The notes below the pieces were generated by a model that saw only the letters and a list, made by a program, of their open reading frames with translations, did not search any database and was not told the DNA's origin. The position numbers were made by a program, and so were the translations under genes. DNA of 64,000 nucleotides from an uncultured delta proteobacterium (lineage in GTDB: Bacteria; Desulfobacterota; Binatia; UBA9968), in NCBI GenBank assembly GCA_963728565.1, contig CAVSLC010000003.1, forward strand, positions 87,039 to 151,038, read 5' to 3'. This document shows, in pieces, positions 14,039 to 25,048 of the stretch; positions within the stretch are counted from its first letter, which is position 1, and every line of letters begins with the position of its first letter.

Positions 14039-14231
14039 AGAATTACGCGACATGAGCTCCGCTGACCTTGCCCGTAAGTTAAGCGAGCTTCGTGAAGAGA
14101 TCGGTCATTTGAAGCTAAAACGGGCAACCAGCAGGTTGGAGAACCCGATGAAGTTGCGGCAGACCAAGCGTGACTTGGCTCGGGTGGAGACGATCTTGAA
14201 GGAAAAGGCGGTTCAAGGCGGGAAGGCATAG
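14028..14231 (+). CDS. rpmC: 50S ribosomal protein L29
   Basis: MEAKELR...KRDLARVET; position between rplP and rpsQ. Confidence 0.95.
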   Translation: MEAKELRDMSSADLARKLSELREEIGHLKLKRATSRLENPMKLRQTKRDLARVETILKEKAVQGGKA

Positions 14232-14232
14232 T

Positions 14233-14526
14233 ATGGATAATCGAAGCCTTAGAAAAGAGCGCACGGGCACCGTTGTCAGCGATCGGATGGAAAAAACCAT
14301 CGTGGTATCGCTTGAACGAACCGTCATGCATCCGAAGTACAGAAAGTATCTAAAACGTAGAAGCAGAGTAAAAGCGCACGATGAAACCAATCAATGTCAG
14401 GTAGGCGATCGGGTACGTATCGTTGAATGCCGCCCCCTCAGCCGTGACAAACGTTGGCGCGTTAGTGAGATACTGCAGCGAACTCAAACGACAGCGGGTG
14501 AGCAGTCCACCGGAGCCGATGTCTAG
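14233..14526 (+). CDS. rpsQ: 30S ribosomal protein S17
   Basis: [22 protein letters not shown]. Confidence 0.98.
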   Translation: MDNRSLRKERTGTVVSDRMEKTIVVSLERTVMHPKYRKYLKRRSRVKAHDETNQCQVGDRVRIVECRPLSRDKRWRVSEILQRTQTTAGEQSTGADV

Positions 14527-14561
14527 GCGTCCGTTCAGGTCAAGTAGGTTGAGGTCGATTC

Positions 14562-14930
14562 ATGATTCAGACGAGAACGGTGTTGGATGTTGCGGATAAT
14601 TCGGGCGCACGGAAAGTCCAATGTATCAAGGTTTTGGGTGGCAGCAAGCGGAAGTACGCGTCGATCGGAGACATCATTGTTGTGTCAGTCAAAGAAGCAA
14701 TTCCTAACGCCAAAGTGAAAAAGGGCGAAGTGATGAAAGCCGTCGTGGTAAGGACCGCAAAAGAGATTGGACGCTCCGACGGAACCTATATCCGCTTCGA
14801 TAACAATTCGGCGGTGCTCATCGATAATCAGAAGGAGCCGATTGGAACCCGAATTTTTGGTCCTGTGGCGCGTGAGCTGCGAGCCAAGAAGTTCATGAAA
14901 ATTATTTCACTCGCGCCTGAGGTGCTCTAA
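14562..14930 (+). CDS. rplN: 50S ribosomal protein L14
   Basis: [19 protein letters not shown]. Confidence 0.99.
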   Translation: MIQTRTVLDVADNSGARKVQCIKVLGGSKRKYASIGDIIVVSVKEAIPNAKVKKGEVMKAVVVRTAKEIGRSDGTYIRFDNNSAVLIDNQKEPIGTRIFGPVARELRAKKFMKIISLAPEVL

Positions 14931-14945
14931 ACGGTTTGGGAGAAC

Positions 14946-15263
14946 GTGTTCGTGCAGATTCGCAAAAACGATAGTGTCATGGTGATTTCCGGCAAGGAGC
15001 GGGGCAAGACTGGCAAAGTTCTCCGCGTAAATCCGAAAGAGGATGCCGTGATCATTGAAAGAATCAATGTGGTGAAGCGGCACACAAAACCGCGAGGGCC
15101 GCAGCAAGCCGGCGGAATCGTCGAAAAGGAAGCCTCTATCCCCGCATCCAACATCATGATTATGTGCGATAAATGCAACGCGCCGGTGCGCATCGGAAAA
15201 AAAATTCTTACCGATGGCAATAAGGTTCGTGTGTGCCGACGCTGCGGCGAGGCGTTGGATTGA
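14946..15263 (+). CDS. rplX: 50S ribosomal protein L24
   Basis: KOW motif [13 protein letters not shown]; GGIVEKEA; GTG start. Confidence 0.97.
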   Translation: MFVQIRKNDSVMVISGKERGKTGKVLRVNPKEDAVIIERINVVKRHTKPRGPQQAGGIVEKEASIPASNIMIMCDKCNAPVRIGKKILTDGNKVRVCRRCGEALD

Positions 15264-15274
15264 TGGTAACAAGG

Positions 15275-15814
15275 ATGGTTCGTCTAAAACAGAAATACGA
15301 CGATCAGGTGGTGCCGGCGATGAAATCGGAATTCGGCTACAAGAATTCCATGCAGGTGCCGAAGTTAGAAAAGATCACGATCAACGTCGGTCTTGGTGAG
15401 GCGACGCAAAATATCAAAGCATTGGACTCAACAGTCGCGGAGATTACCGCTATCGCGGGCCAGAAGCCGGTGATTACACGGGCCAAGAAGGCGATAGCTA
15501 ATTTTAAACTGCGCGAAGGAGTGCCGATCGGCTGCATGGTGACATTGCGCCGCGATCGGATGTATGAATTCCTGGACCGGTTAATTCACGTAGCTCTGCC
15601 CAGAGTACGAGACTTCAAAGGCGTTTCTGACCGCTCCTTTGACGGGAGGGGAAACTATTCCTTGGGGCTTAGAGAACAGATCATTTTTCCCGAAATCAAT
15701 CCTGACAAAGTTGAAAAGGCCCGGGGAATGACCGTGACCATAACCACCACAGCAAAGACCGATCCTGAGGGACGGGCGTTACTGAAGCACTTAGGAATGC
15801 CGTTTGGCACTTGA
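15275..15814 (+). CDS. rplE: 50S ribosomal protein L5
   Basis: [16 protein letters not shown]; start could be 15263 or 15275. Confidence 0.97.
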   Translation: MVRLKQKYDDQVVPAMKSEFGYKNSMQVPKLEKITINVGLGEATQNIKALDSTVAEITAIAGQKPVITRAKKAIANFKLREGVPIGCMVTLRRDRMYEFLDRLIHVALPRVRDFKGVSDRSFDGRGNYSLGLREQIIFPEINPDKVEKARGMTVTITTTAKTDPEGRALLKHLGMPFGT

Positions 15815-15836
15815 TCTATAACCAGGGAGATTTCCA

Positions 15837-16022
15837 TTGGCCAAGAAGTGTTTAAGAATCAAAGCCGAAAGACCGAATAAGTTTAAAGTTCGGGAGTACA
15901 ATCGTTGCCCGCTCTGCGGCCGATCCCGGGCGTTTTACCGACGCTTTCGCATGTGCCGGCTTTGTCTCAGAGACCACGCTCGTAAGGGCCACATCCCGGG
16001 ACTTATCAAGGCCAGCTGGTAG
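15837..16022 (+). CDS. rpsN: 30S ribosomal protein S14, short Zn-binding (type Z) form
   Basis: 61 aa, CPLC...CRLC; TTG start after GGGAG. Confidence 0.97.
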   Translation: MAKKCLRIKAERPNKFKVREYNRCPLCGRSRAFYRRFRMCRLCLRDHARKGHIPGLIKASW

Positions 16023-16035
16023 GACGGAGAGCAAT

Positions 16036-16440
16036 ATGGGAATGACCGATCCAATCGCCGACATGTTGACGAGAATCCGCAATGCCTCGAGGGCGCGCCA
16101 CCAGAGGGTTGCCGTGCCGTGGTCGCGAGTCAAGGAAAATATCGTAAAGGTCTTCGTTGAAGAGGGTTACGTAAAGGAATACAAGAAAATCAAAGCTGCC
16201 GAAGGCGCGGGTGACGAGCTGATCATTCAACTGAAGTTTGATCGGGACAATCGGCCGATCATATTAGGGTTAAAGCGAGTGAGTCGCCCAAGCTTGAAGG
16301 TGTATGTCGGCGCCCAGCAGTTAACCCCGATTCGCAAGGGGTTGGGTATCAACATACTCTCTACTTCCAAAGGAATTTTAGTCGACCGGGAAGCCCAACG
16401 GGCCAAGGTCGGCGGCGAGGTTCTATGTTCGGTTTGGTAG
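16036..16440 (+). CDS. rpsH: 30S ribosomal protein S8
   Basis: DPIADMLTRIRN, STSKG, GGEVLC. Confidence 0.98.
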   Translation: MGMTDPIADMLTRIRNASRARHQRVAVPWSRVKENIVKVFVEEGYVKEYKKIKAAEGAGDELIIQLKFDRDNRPIILGLKRVSRPSLKVYVGAQQLTPIRKGLGINILSTSKGILVDREAQRAKVGGEVLCSVW

Positions 16441-16456
16441 CTTGTACGAGGTAAAC

Positions 16457-17005
16457 GTGTCACGCATCGGAAAATTACCTATCACGATCCCTTCGGGAGT
16501 AAAAATCGCAGTCGACGGCGATGCAGTTCGGCTGGAAGGGCCCAAGGGAAAGCTGAGCGCCGCGATTCCGTCCGGAATCGCGGTCAAAGTTGATGGGACT
16601 GTTGTTCATGTTGAGCGGGACGAAGAGGCGCGGAGAATTCGAGCTCTGCATGGTCTCACCCGAAAATTGATCGCCAACATGGCCGAAGGTGTCAGCAAAG
16701 GATTTAACCGTATACTCGATATCAATGGCGTCGGTTATCGCGCTGAGGTTAAAGGCCAAGAGATTCACATGACACTGGGGTACTCTCATCCTGTAGTTTT
16801 TCGCTTGCCGCCAGGCGTCACAGCGTCGGTCGAACGGCAGGTTATCATCACCTTAACCGGTGCTGATCGACAGTTGGTGGGAGAAACTGCTGCAAAAATC
16901 AGAAGCTTGCGAGCGCCTGAGCCTTACAAGGGCAAAGGGATTAAATATCGCGAAGAGGTTATCAAGCGTAAGGCTGGCAAAGCTGTGGGTTCGGCTGGCA
17001 AATAG
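16457..17005 (+). CDS. rplF: 50S ribosomal protein L6
   Basis: GTG start (SRIGK) after GAGG; PEPYKGKG. Confidence 0.98.
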   Translation: MSRIGKLPITIPSGVKIAVDGDAVRLEGPKGKLSAAIPSGIAVKVDGTVVHVERDEEARRIRALHGLTRKLIANMAEGVSKGFNRILDINGVGYRAEVKGQEIHMTLGYSHPVVFRLPPGVTASVERQVIITLTGADRQLVGETAAKIRSLRAPEPYKGKGIKYREEVIKRKAGKAVGSAGK

Positions 17006-17024
17006 CCTCTGAGGTTGGAGAGAG

Positions 17025-17390
17025 ATGGCAACCAAGCAAAGAAATATTGCGCGCATACGGCGACAACAACGCGTCCGGAAAAAGGTTATGGGGACCGACG
17101 CTCGCCCTCGTGTCTGCGTCTATAAAAGCGGCAGGCACATCTATGTTCAGGTGATATCGGACACCAAGGGAATCACCTTAGCATCCGCTTCGACGCTGTC
17201 TTCCAGCCTGGCTGATGAGATCAAGAACATCAAGGGTGTGGAAGCCGCAAAGCGAGTCGGTTTGAATTTGGCAAAAGTTTGTAAAGAAAAGAACATTAGC
17301 CGTGTCGTCTTCGATCGTAATGGGTTTCTCTTCCACGGGCGCGTAAAGGCGGTTGCTGATGGTGCGCGCGAAGGTGGTTTAGAATTTTAG
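17025..17390 (+). CDS. rplR: 50S ribosomal protein L18
   Basis: VFDRNGFLFHGRVKA, AREGGLEF. Confidence 0.98.
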   Translation: MATKQRNIARIRRQQRVRKKVMGTDARPRVCVYKSGRHIYVQVISDTKGITLASASTLSSSLADEIKNIKGVEAAKRVGLNLAKVCKEKNISRVVFDRNGFLFHGRVKAVADGAREGGLEF

Positions 17391-17408
17391 CGCAGCCTGC
17401 GTAGTGAG

Positions 17409-17912
17409 GTGTCTTTGGAACGCATTGATCCGCATGGATTGGAACTCAAGGAAAAAGTTGTTCACATTAGCCGGGTTGCCAAAGTAGTTAAAGGTGGCCG
17501 GCGGTTCAGCTTTAGCGCCCTGATCGTAGTTGGCGACAATCATTCGGTGGTCGGCTGCGGAATGGGTAAGGCCAACGAGGTGCCGGAAGCGATTCGCAAG
17601 GGATTGGAACAAGCAAAAAAAAATCTGATCAGGGTTCCAGTGATGGCAGGAACTATCCCATTTGAGGTGACCGGAAGATTCGGCGCCGGATACGTTATCT
17701 TGAAACCTGCTTCCGATGGTACTGGGGTCATTGCCGGTGGCGGAGTTCGTGCCGTGGTTGAGGCCGCCGGAATTCAGAACGTCTTGACCAAGTGCCTCGG
17801 TTCTAACAATCCGCACAACATGGTTAAAGCTACCGTCGAAGCTCTGCGAGACTTAAGAGCGCCAGAAGAAATTGCCGAAAGGCGCGGAAAAACATTGGCG
17901 GAGATCCGTTAA
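17409..17912 (+). CDS. rpsE: 30S ribosomal protein S5
   Basis: [19 protein letters not shown]. Confidence 0.98.
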   Translation: MSLERIDPHGLELKEKVVHISRVAKVVKGGRRFSFSALIVVGDNHSVVGCGMGKANEVPEAIRKGLEQAKKNLIRVPVMAGTIPFEVTGRFGAGYVILKPASDGTGVIAGGGVRAVVEAAGIQNVLTKCLGSNNPHNMVKATVEALRDLRAPEEIAERRGKTLAEIR

Positions 17913-17913
17913 A

Positions 17914-18366
17914 ATGAAGCTAGATGATCTAAGGCCGGCTCCCGGCTCGACAAAAAAACGCAAACGTGTGGGGCGTGGCGATGGTTCCGGTCATGGAAAA
18001 ACCGCTTGCCGGGGGCACAAAGGACAGCGCGCCCGTGCCGGCGGTGGAACCCGTCCCGGGTTTGAGGGCGGCCAGATGCCATTACAAAGACGTCTGCCAA
18101 AGCGAGGGTTTAATAATCCCTTCAAAGTCGATTTTGCCATCGTGAACCTGGATCAGTTGGAAAGATTCTCATCGGATAACGAGATCAATCCGGAGATACT
18201 CTTGGCAAAAGGACTAGTGCATGGGAAGAATTGCCGGATTAAGATCCTAGCCGATGGCGCGCTCAGCAAGAGTTTGACGATCAAGGCGCATAGCTTCTCG
18301 GCGAAGGCCAAGGAAAAAATCGAAGCGGCCGGCGGAAAGGCCGAACTGATCACCTCTCATGCTTAG
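17914..18366 (+). CDS. rplO: 50S ribosomal protein L15
   Basis: MKLDDL start 1 nt after rpsE stop; GFEGGQMPL. Confidence 0.98.
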   Translation: MKLDDLRPAPGSTKKRKRVGRGDGSGHGKTACRGHKGQRARAGGGTRPGFEGGQMPLQRRLPKRGFNNPFKVDFAIVNLDQLERFSSDNEINPEILLAKGLVHGKNCRIKILADGALSKSLTIKAHSFSAKAKEKIEAAGGKAELITSHA

Positions 18367-19669
18367 CGGTTTTCAAAACGCCTCGCGCATCCCAGAGTTG
18401 CGCAAACGTTTGTTGTTTACGCTGGCGATGTTGGCCGTCTACCGGCTTGGCGTCCATGTGCCGACGCCGGGAATCGACCGCCAAGCGTTAGCGGCGTTCT
18501 TTGAACAGTATAAGGGCACGATCTTCGGCTTGTTCAACCTTTTTTCCGGTGGCGCTCTTGAACAATTTTCGGTTTTTTCTTTGGGCATCATGCCCTATAT
18601 CAGCGCGTCGATTATCCTTCAGCTTTTGACGGTGGTTTTTCCTTATCTCGAACGATTGTCAAAAGAGGGTGAAGCAGGGCGGCGGAAGATCACCCAGTAC
18701 ACCCGTTATGGGACGATCGTCCTTGCGGTCATCCAAGGCACTATGATCAGCCTAGGCTTGGCCGGCACTCAAGGGCCCGGTGGTCAGCCGATTGTGTTGA
18801 ATGCAGACGTGAGTTTTCACATCATGACGGTTATTACGCTCGCGTCGGGGACAGCTTTTATTATGTGGTTGGGCGAACAAATCACTGAGCGCGGCGTGGG
18901 TAATGGCATATCGCTGATTATATTTGCCGGGATTGTTGCCGGTCTTCCATCTGCCATTATTACAACCGTTCAATTCATCCGGGAAGGTGAGTTGAACGTG
19001 TTAGTGGCGCTCTTCATGCTGGTTTTGATCGTAGCGGTCGTCGGCGCAATTATCTTTGTTGAACGGGGACAGCGACGTATTCCCGTTCAGTACGCAAAGC
19101 GGGTTGTCGGCCGCAAAATGTATGGTGGCCAGAGCTCGCATCTGCCGTTGAAGGTGAACACGGCCAATGTTATCCCGGTCATTTTCGCTTCTTCAATTCT
19201 TATATTTCCAGCAACTATGGCGCAGTTTGCCCAGTATCCTTGGGTTCAAACTGCGGCGACTTATTTGAGTCCGGGGCAATGGCTACACGATTTGGTGTTC
19301 GCGCTGCTGATCATTTTCTTCGCATTCTTCTACACTGCGGTGGTCTTCAATCCGGCCGATGTAGCGGAAAATATGAAGAAATTCGGCGGCTATATTCCGG
19401 GAATTCGACCGGGCCAGAAGACTGCCGACTACATCGAGAGGGTACTTTCTCGCATCACACTGAGCGGAGCGATTTACCTTTGCATCGTATCCTTGCTGCC
19501 GACAATCCTGGTGAGCCAGTTTAACGTGCCGTTCTACTTCGGTGGAACCGCCTTACTGATCGTTGTGGGCGTGGCGCTTGACACTGTGGCGCAAATGGAG
19601 AGCCACTTGATTACCCGCAACTATGAGGGCTTTATGAAGCGAGGCCGACTGCGGGGAAGAAGGGGCTAA
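18359..19669 (+). CDS. secY: Preprotein translocase subunit SecY
   Basis: [21 protein letters not shown]; about 10 TM segments. Confidence 0.99.
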   Translation: MLSGFQNASRIPELRKRLLFTLAMLAVYRLGVHVPTPGIDRQALAAFFEQYKGTIFGLFNLFSGGALEQFSVFSLGIMPYISASIILQLLTVVFPYLERLSKEGEAGRRKITQYTRYGTIVLAVIQGTMISLGLAGTQGPGGQPIVLNADVSFHIMTVITLASGTAFIMWLGEQITERGVGNGISLIIFAGIVAGLPSAIITTVQFIREGELNVLVALFMLVLIVAVVGAIIFVERGQRRIPVQYAKRVVGRKMYGGQSSHLPLKVNTANVIPVIFASSILIFPATMAQFAQYPWVQTAATYLSPGQWLHDLVFALLIIFFAFFYTAVVFNPADVAENMKKFGGYIPGIRPGQKTADYIERVLSRITLSGAIYLCIVSLLPTILVSQFNVPFYFGGTALLIVVGVALDTVAQMESHLITRNYEGFMKRGRLRGRRG

Positions 19670-19672
19670 GGC

Positions 19673-20335
19673 TTGGCCAGTGTACGTGTTGTTCTCCTAG
19701 GCCCGCCGGGTGCAGGAAAAGGGACGCAAGGGAAGCTCTTGCGAGACCGCTTCGAGGCCTGTCAAATATCCACAGGCGACATCCTAAGAAAAGCTGTGGC
19801 CGACAAAACGCCACTCGGGAAGGAAGCGGAAAGCTATCTTAGCCGCGGCGAGTTAGTGCCCGATGACGTGATAGTCAGGTTAGTCGGTGAACGGCTGAAG
19901 CAAAAGGACTGCGCCAACGGCTTTGTTCTGGACGGCTTTCCCAGGACCTTGCCGCAGGCTGAAAGCCTGGAGGGGATTTTGAAGACCATGGCATTGCCAT
20001 TGGATGCCGTCTTGTCTATCCAAGTTCCCCACGACGTTATAGTTAAGCGCCTGGCGGGACGGCGAAATTGCCAAAACTGCGGTGCGTCCTACCATGTGAA
20101 TTTCGATCCACCCAGCAACGGCGAGACCTGCGACCGTTGTGACGGTGGTTTGCAGCAACGCGATGATGATCGCGAAGAGACTATTACCACTCGCTTACGG
20201 GTTTATGAATCCCAGACTGCGCCCCTAGCTAATTACTACCGAGAGCGTGGTAAGTTGCGGGAAATCAACGGCGTCGGGAAAGTGGAAGATATTCAGAAGC
20301 GAGTCATCGAGGCACTCGGGAGGCCGGCCAGTTGA
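19673..20335 (+). CDS. adk: Adenylate kinase (Cys/Zn-lid type)
   Basis: GPPGAGKGT, LDGFPRT, lid CQNC...CDRC. Confidence 0.98.
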   Translation: MASVRVVLLGPPGAGKGTQGKLLRDRFEACQISTGDILRKAVADKTPLGKEAESYLSRGELVPDDVIVRLVGERLKQKDCANGFVLDGFPRTLPQAESLEGILKTMALPLDAVLSIQVPHDVIVKRLAGRRNCQNCGASYHVNFDPPSNGETCDRCDGGLQQRDDDREETITTRLRVYESQTAPLANYYRERGKLREINGVGKVEDIQKRVIEALGRPAS

Positions 20336-21090
20336 TTTCGCTCAAGTCACCTCGAGAAATCGAGATCATGAGAAGAGCGAATCTGATCGTTGCCGAGGTT
20401 TTACAGGAGCTGAAGGCAAAGATAGCTCCCGGAGTGACAACCCTAGATCTAGATAGAGTGGCCGAAGAATTGACCCTTAAAAGAAGCGCGATTCCGGCCT
20501 TTAAAGGTTATTCTGTTGGCGGCCGGGTCTTTCCTCGTTGCCTGTGTGCATCGATAAACGAAGAAATAGTTCATGGAATCCCATCCAATCGAACGCTTAA
20601 GGAGGGCGACATCGTTGGGCTCGACTACGGTGTCATTTACGAGGGCTTCTACGGTGACTCTGCGATTACGGTCGGTGTAGGAAGGGTCAGCGACGAAGCC
20701 AAGCGCCTGATGGAGATCACCGAAAAGTCATTGTACGACGGCATCGATCAATTGTATGAAGGCAAGAGACTGGGCGATCTGGGTGCTGCCGTCCAAACGA
20801 CTGCCGAGGGAGCCGGTTATTCAGTGGTTCGAGCCTTCGTTGGGCACGGCATCGGAAAACGACTGCATGAAGAGCCGCCTGTGCCAAATTATGGTGAACC
20901 CGACCGCGGACTGAGGTTTAAGGAAGGAATGGTATTGGCCATCGAGCCGATGGTAAACATTGGCGGCCCCGAGGTGGAAATTAAAGCCGACGGCTGGACT
21001 GCTGTAACCAAAGACGGTAGCTTGGCGGCCCATTTTGAACATTCAGTCGCCGTCACCAAAGACGGTCCTTATATTCTCAGCCAGCTATAG
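20332..21090 (+). CDS. map: Methionine aminopeptidase type I
   Basis: GHGIG..LHE, EPM, AHFEHSV. Confidence 0.98.
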   Translation: MISLKSPREIEIMRRANLIVAEVLQELKAKIAPGVTTLDLDRVAEELTLKRSAIPAFKGYSVGGRVFPRCLCASINEEIVHGIPSNRTLKEGDIVGLDYGVIYEGFYGDSAITVGVGRVSDEAKRLMEITEKSLYDGIDQLYEGKRLGDLGAAVQTTAEGAGYSVVRAFVGHGIGKRLHEEPPVPNYGEPDRGLRFKEGMVLAIEPMVNIGGPEVEIKADGWTAVTKDGSLAAHFEHSVAVTKDGPYILSQL

Positions 21091-21121
21091 TCTGAGGTGA
21101 TTAGCAAGTAGTCGATCATTT

Positions 21122-21340
21122 ATGCCAAAAGAAGATGCCATCGAAGTGATGGGAACGGTTTTGGAAACCTTACCCAATGCCATGTTTCGGGTGCAGTTGG
21201 AAAACGGGCATAGGGTTTTGGCCCACATATCCGGCAAGATGCGGATGCATTACATCAAGATTCTTCCTGGTGACAAGGTGAAAATCGAGTTGTCGCCCTA
21301 TGATTTGGCGCGTGGAAGAATCATCTATCGCGAGCGTTAG
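21122..21340 (+). CDS. infA: Translation initiation factor IF-1
   Basis: [18 protein letters not shown]. Confidence 0.99.
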   Translation: MPKEDAIEVMGTVLETLPNAMFRVQLENGHRVLAHISGKMRMHYIKILPGDKVKIELSPYDLARGRIIYRER

Positions 21341-21354
21341 AAACAGGAGCTATC

Positions 21355-21468
21355 GTGAAGGTCAGAGCTTCGGTTAAGAAGATTTGTAACAAGTGTAAAG
21401 TTATTCGCCGCAAGGGCGTTGTCCGCGTCCTATGTGAGAATAGCAAGCACAAACAGAGGCAAGGTTAA
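21355..21468 (+). CDS. rpmJ: 50S ribosomal protein L36 (Zn-binding form; below ORF-track cutoff)
   Basis: Hand translation from GTG after AGGAG: [37 protein letters not shown]. Confidence 0.97.
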   Translation: MKVRASVKKICNKCKVIRRKGVVRVLCENSKHKQRQG

Positions 21469-21496
21469 GTTTTTTAAAACTTGATTGGAGTTAATT

Positions 21497-21880
21497 ATGG
21501 CGCGTTTATCGGGTGTCGATCTCCCAAGGAACAAACGGATGGAAGTTGCGCTTACCTATATCTATGGCATCGGGCGCAATTTATCCCGAGAGATATTAAC
21601 GCAGGCGGGAATCTCGCTCGATTTAAAAAGTGACGATCTTTCCGATGATGATGTGGTTAAGATTCGTCAGTTGATAGACCAGAATTACAAAGTTGAAGGC
21701 GATCTTCGGCGCGACGTTTCGGCCAATCTCAGACGCCATATTGAAATGGGCTCTTACCGGGGGCATCGACACCGTAGAAACCTTCCGGTGCACGGTCAGA
21801 GAACTCATACCAACGCGCGGACCAGGAAAGGTCCGCGAAAAACTGTCGCGGGAAAGAAAACCGCTCCGTCAAAAGGTTAG
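21497..21880 (+). CDS. rpsM: 30S ribosomal protein S13
   Basis: [10 protein letters not shown]; [13 protein letters not shown]. Confidence 0.98.
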   Translation: MARLSGVDLPRNKRMEVALTYIYGIGRNLSREILTQAGISLDLKSDDLSDDDVVKIRQLIDQNYKVEGDLRRDVSANLRRHIEMGSYRGHRHRRNLPVHGQRTHTNARTRKGPRKTVAGKKTAPSKG

Positions 21881-21899
21881 TAAATTTTAGGAGTATTCA

Positions 21900-22355
21900 A
21901 TGGCGAAATCCGAAGAAACCGCCGAAGAGAGGCAGAGCAAAACGGCCGAGACCCCAGCGGACCAAAAGGGTGCTGATCGCGCGGCGCGCAAGAAGCGGGG
22001 CCGCAAGAACATCTCCGAAGGAGTCGTTCACATTCATTCAACATTCAACAACACGATTGTCACAATCACGGATTATCAGGGAAATGTCATTTCGTGGTCG
22101 AGCGCCGGAAGCATGGGGTTTAAGGGGTCGCGCAAAGGCACTCCCTTCGCCGCGCAACAAGCCGCGGATAACGCCGCCAAGAAAGCGATGGACCACGGCT
22201 TGCGGACGGTTCAAATTTTTGTGCGGGGTCCTGGAGCGGGACGCGAGTCCGCTCTCCGGGCATTGCAATCGGCTGGCATCAACATCAGCTTGATCAAGGA
22301 CGTAACTCCGATTCCTCACAATGGATGCCGCCCGCCGAAACGCAGACGCGTTTGA
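21900..22355 (+). CDS. rpsK: 30S ribosomal protein S11
   Basis: [24 protein letters not shown]; charged N-terminal extension. Confidence 0.98.
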   Translation: MAKSEETAEERQSKTAETPADQKGADRAARKKRGRKNISEGVVHIHSTFNNTIVTITDYQGNVISWSSAGSMGFKGSRKGTPFAAQQAADNAAKKAMDHGLRTVQIFVRGPGAGRESALRALQSAGINISLIKDVTPIPHNGCRPPKRRRV

Positions 22356-22375
22356 TAACAAAATAGGAGGAAGGA

Positions 22376-23002
22376 TTGGCTAGATACACAGAATCTGTTT
22401 GCCGATTGTGTAGGCGCGAGAACCTCAAGCTATTTCTAAAAGGTGAGCGCTGTTACACCGATAAATGCGCCATCGAACGACGCAACTATCCGCCCGGAGA
22501 GCACGGTCAAGGCAGACCCAAATTTTCGGAGTATAGTATCCAGTTGCGCGAGAAGCAGAAGGTCAAGCGCATCTATCGTCTCATGGAAAGTCAGTTTCGC
22601 CGAACCTTTGATCAGGCTAGCCGAATTAAGGGTATTACCGGTGAGACCTTGTTGGTCTTTTTGGAGCGTCGCTTAGACAACGTTACCTATCGCGTGGGAT
22701 TTGCCAGTTCCAGAGCGGAAGCCAGGCTGCTGGTGCGGCATGGACATATCCTAGTCAACGGCAAACGGCTGAATATTCCATCGTACCAGGTCCGAGTGGG
22801 CGACGTGATATCGGTAAAGGAGCAAAGCCGTCAGATGGCTCGCATTCTAACAGCGATGGAAGGCGTGCAGCGACGAGGCGTGCCGGATTGGGCGGAACTA
22901 GACCGAGACAATTGTAGTGGAAGAATCAGGATTCTACCCACCCGCAGCGACATTACCATGCCGATTAACGAGAAGCTGATCGTCGAACTGTATTCGAAGT
23001 AA
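22376..23002 (+). CDS. rpsD: 30S ribosomal protein S4
   Basis: CRLCRRE, LERRLDN, IVELYSK; TTG start. Confidence 0.98.
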   Translation: MARYTESVCRLCRRENLKLFLKGERCYTDKCAIERRNYPPGEHGQGRPKFSEYSIQLREKQKVKRIYRLMESQFRRTFDQASRIKGITGETLLVFLERRLDNVTYRVGFASSRAEARLLVRHGHILVNGKRLNIPSYQVRVGDVISVKEQSRQMARILTAMEGVQRRGVPDWAELDRDNCSGRIRILPTRSDITMPINEKLIVELYSK

Positions 23003-23025
23003 GCTTCTGAATGTAGGGAGAAACT

Positions 23026-24054
23026 ATGTCTACTATGTATAGGCATTGGACGGATTTGATTAAACCAAAGCAGTTGGAGGTGGACGAAAAGACGTTAACT
23101 TCAACTTATGGGAAGTTTTATGCGGAGCCATTTGAACGCGGTTTCGGCCAAACGATTGGTAATTCGCTACGACGGATTTTGTTATCGTCCTTGATGGGCG
23201 CTTCGATTGTCGCGGTGCGGATGAAAGGGATTCTTCATGAGTTCTCGACGATTCCCGGAGTTACCGAAGACGTCACCGACATCATTTTGAATCTCAAGGA
23301 AGTCAGGTTGCGACTTAACGATGGCGAGCAACATACGCTGAAAGTCGAAGCGAAGGGTCCCGCCACTGTATTGGCTAAGGACATTACCGGATCTGCCAAT
23401 GTCGAGATTCTCAATCCAGAGCAAAAAATCGCCACGCTCTCTAGAGATGCTAAGCTCGACATGGAATTGATAGCGAAGCTGGGGCGCGGCTACGTTCCAG
23501 CGGAAAGGAATAGAGAAGAGGGCGCGCCGGTGGACACGGTATTTATCGATGCCATTTTTTCGCCGGTCCAGAAAGTAAATTTCACGGTGTCCAATGCTCG
23601 CCTCGGGCAACGCACCGATTATGACCGGGTCGTGTTTGAAGTAGTAACCGACGGCAGCGTTAAGCCCGACGACGCGATGGCATACGCCGCAAAGATCCTG
23701 CAGGATCAGGTGAGTATTTTCGTTAACTTTCAAGATGAACCACAGCAAGAACGACGTGATGACCGGCCGTCGATCCCATTGAACGATAACCTGTTTCGCA
23801 GCGTCGACGAGCTCGAATTCTCCGTGCGCTCGCAAAACTGTTTACAGAATGCTGATATCAAATACATCGGCGAGTTGGTGCAGAAGTCCGAGCAGGAGAT
23901 GCTCAAAACCAAAAACTTCGGTCACAAGTCGCTCAACGAGATCAAAGAGATTCTGCGCGAAATGGGCCTAGAACTCGGCATGAAGATCGACCATTTTCCA
24001 CCGCGGGAGGAGATCGAGAGCAGGCGGCGCGCCGACGAGAAAGAGACCGCATAA
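23026..24054 (+). CDS. rpoA: RNA polymerase subunit alpha
   Basis: [16 protein letters not shown], alpha-[13 protein letters not shown]. Confidence 0.99.
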   Translation: MSTMYRHWTDLIKPKQLEVDEKTLTSTYGKFYAEPFERGFGQTIGNSLRRILLSSLMGASIVAVRMKGILHEFSTIPGVTEDVTDIILNLKEVRLRLNDGEQHTLKVEAKGPATVLAKDITGSANVEILNPEQKIATLSRDAKLDMELIAKLGRGYVPAERNREEGAPVDTVFIDAIFSPVQKVNFTVSNARLGQRTDYDRVVFEVVTDGSVKPDDAMAYAAKILQDQVSIFVNFQDEPQQERRDDRPSIPLNDNLFRSVDELEFSVRSQNCLQNADIKYIGELVQKSEQEMLKTKNFGHKSLNEIKEILREMGLELGMKIDHFPPREEIESRRRADEKETA

Positions 24055-24056
24055 CT

Positions 24057-24530
24057 ATGCGACACCTTAATTCCGGAAGAAAGCTCAGCCGCAATTCGAG
24101 CCACCGCTGGGCGATGATGCGCAACATGGTGACTTCTCTTTTGCGTGAAGAGAAGATACAAACCACCGATCCCAAGGCCAAAGAGCTCAGACGCTGGGTG
24201 GACCGTGTAATAACGCTGGGCAAGGAGGGAAGCCTGCATGCCAGACGCCAAGCGCTCGCTATCATTCAGGACAAGACCGTGGTCCATAAGCTGTTCGACA
24301 CAATCGCCACCCGCTTCCAAAATCGCCCTGGCGGTTATACTCGAATCATCAAAATCGGTCGGCGGCATGGCGATGCGGCGCCGGTATCGTTGATAGAGCT
24401 GGTTGCCGGCGCTGACGAAACCGCCGAAAGCACAAGCGGGAAAGATAAGAAAGCGAAGAAGAAAAGCGGCAGGACGGCTTCCAAACCAGGTTCCGGCCGC
24501 CGCAAAAGCGCCAAGTCAGCTTCCGCCTAG
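24057..24530 (+). CDS. rplQ: 50S ribosomal protein L17
   Basis: [16 protein letters not shown]; basic C-terminal tail. Confidence 0.98.
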   Translation: MRHLNSGRKLSRNSSHRWAMMRNMVTSLLREEKIQTTDPKAKELRRWVDRVITLGKEGSLHARRQALAIIQDKTVVHKLFDTIATRFQNRPGGYTRIIKIGRRHGDAAPVSLIELVAGADETAESTSGKDKKAKKKSGRTASKPGSGRRKSAKSASA

Positions 24531-24552
24531 AGCCCAACCTACATCAAGTCTC

Positions 24553-24598
24553 AGCCGGAGTCTGGTCGAGTTCGAACTCGACGACTCCGGCTTTTTTT
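24553..24598 (+). terminator. Intrinsic terminator ending the alpha operon
   Basis: AGCCGGAGTC-tg-GTCGAGTTcgAACTCGAC-GACTCCGGCT followed by T-run. Confidence 0.85.
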
Positions 24599-24801
24599 GC
24601 TTACTCTTCATCTCCGCTAGGTAATCGTTTGCACCCATGAATTCAGCTCGCCCGCCGCAAGTTTTTTTTGAAATCCAACTTGAGACTACCGCCGTGCCGG
24701 CTGTCTAACCAACTACCTCGTGCTCATCTAGCGCCCTCGGGTTCTTCCAAACGTTCTAGGCGAGATCGTGCTGCGCCCTAGCGTGCCGGGTTGAAGCTTT
24801 C

Positions 24802-25048
24802 GCATTATCCCGGATTCCGCAGTTGCGATTGGACAGGAAGCACGAGGCAGAACCCTTCCGCAGCGAAGTCGATGGGTTTGTGCGATCACTCAGCGGTGCT
24901 TCGAGGGATTGGTGGAAGCCTCATAGCAAACGTCGTACGAGAGCCGGAAAATAACTTTGAAACTTCACAGCCGGACGCCTTCGCTGCTGGAAGGGTTCTA
25001 CCTCGCTTCCGGCATTTTTGGTTCGACTGCCGGAATACGGGATTATGC
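24802..25048. ncRNA. Candidate structured ncRNA or long imperfect inverted repeat (~250 nt rod)
   Basis: 24802-24825 pairs with 25024-25048 and 24836-24868 pairs with 24979-25010, separated by a bubble; lies in a gap with no credible gene. Confidence 0.5.

Noticed and set aside
24940-24978. GAGCCGGA...GAAA...CAC..CCGG resembling group II intron domain V
   Set aside because: The arms around GAAA do not pair, there is no domain VI or AY end, and no maturase ORF
25015-25035. GGTTCGA T-loop-like sequence suggesting tRNA or tmRNA
   Set aside because: No T-stem, acceptor stem or CCA context
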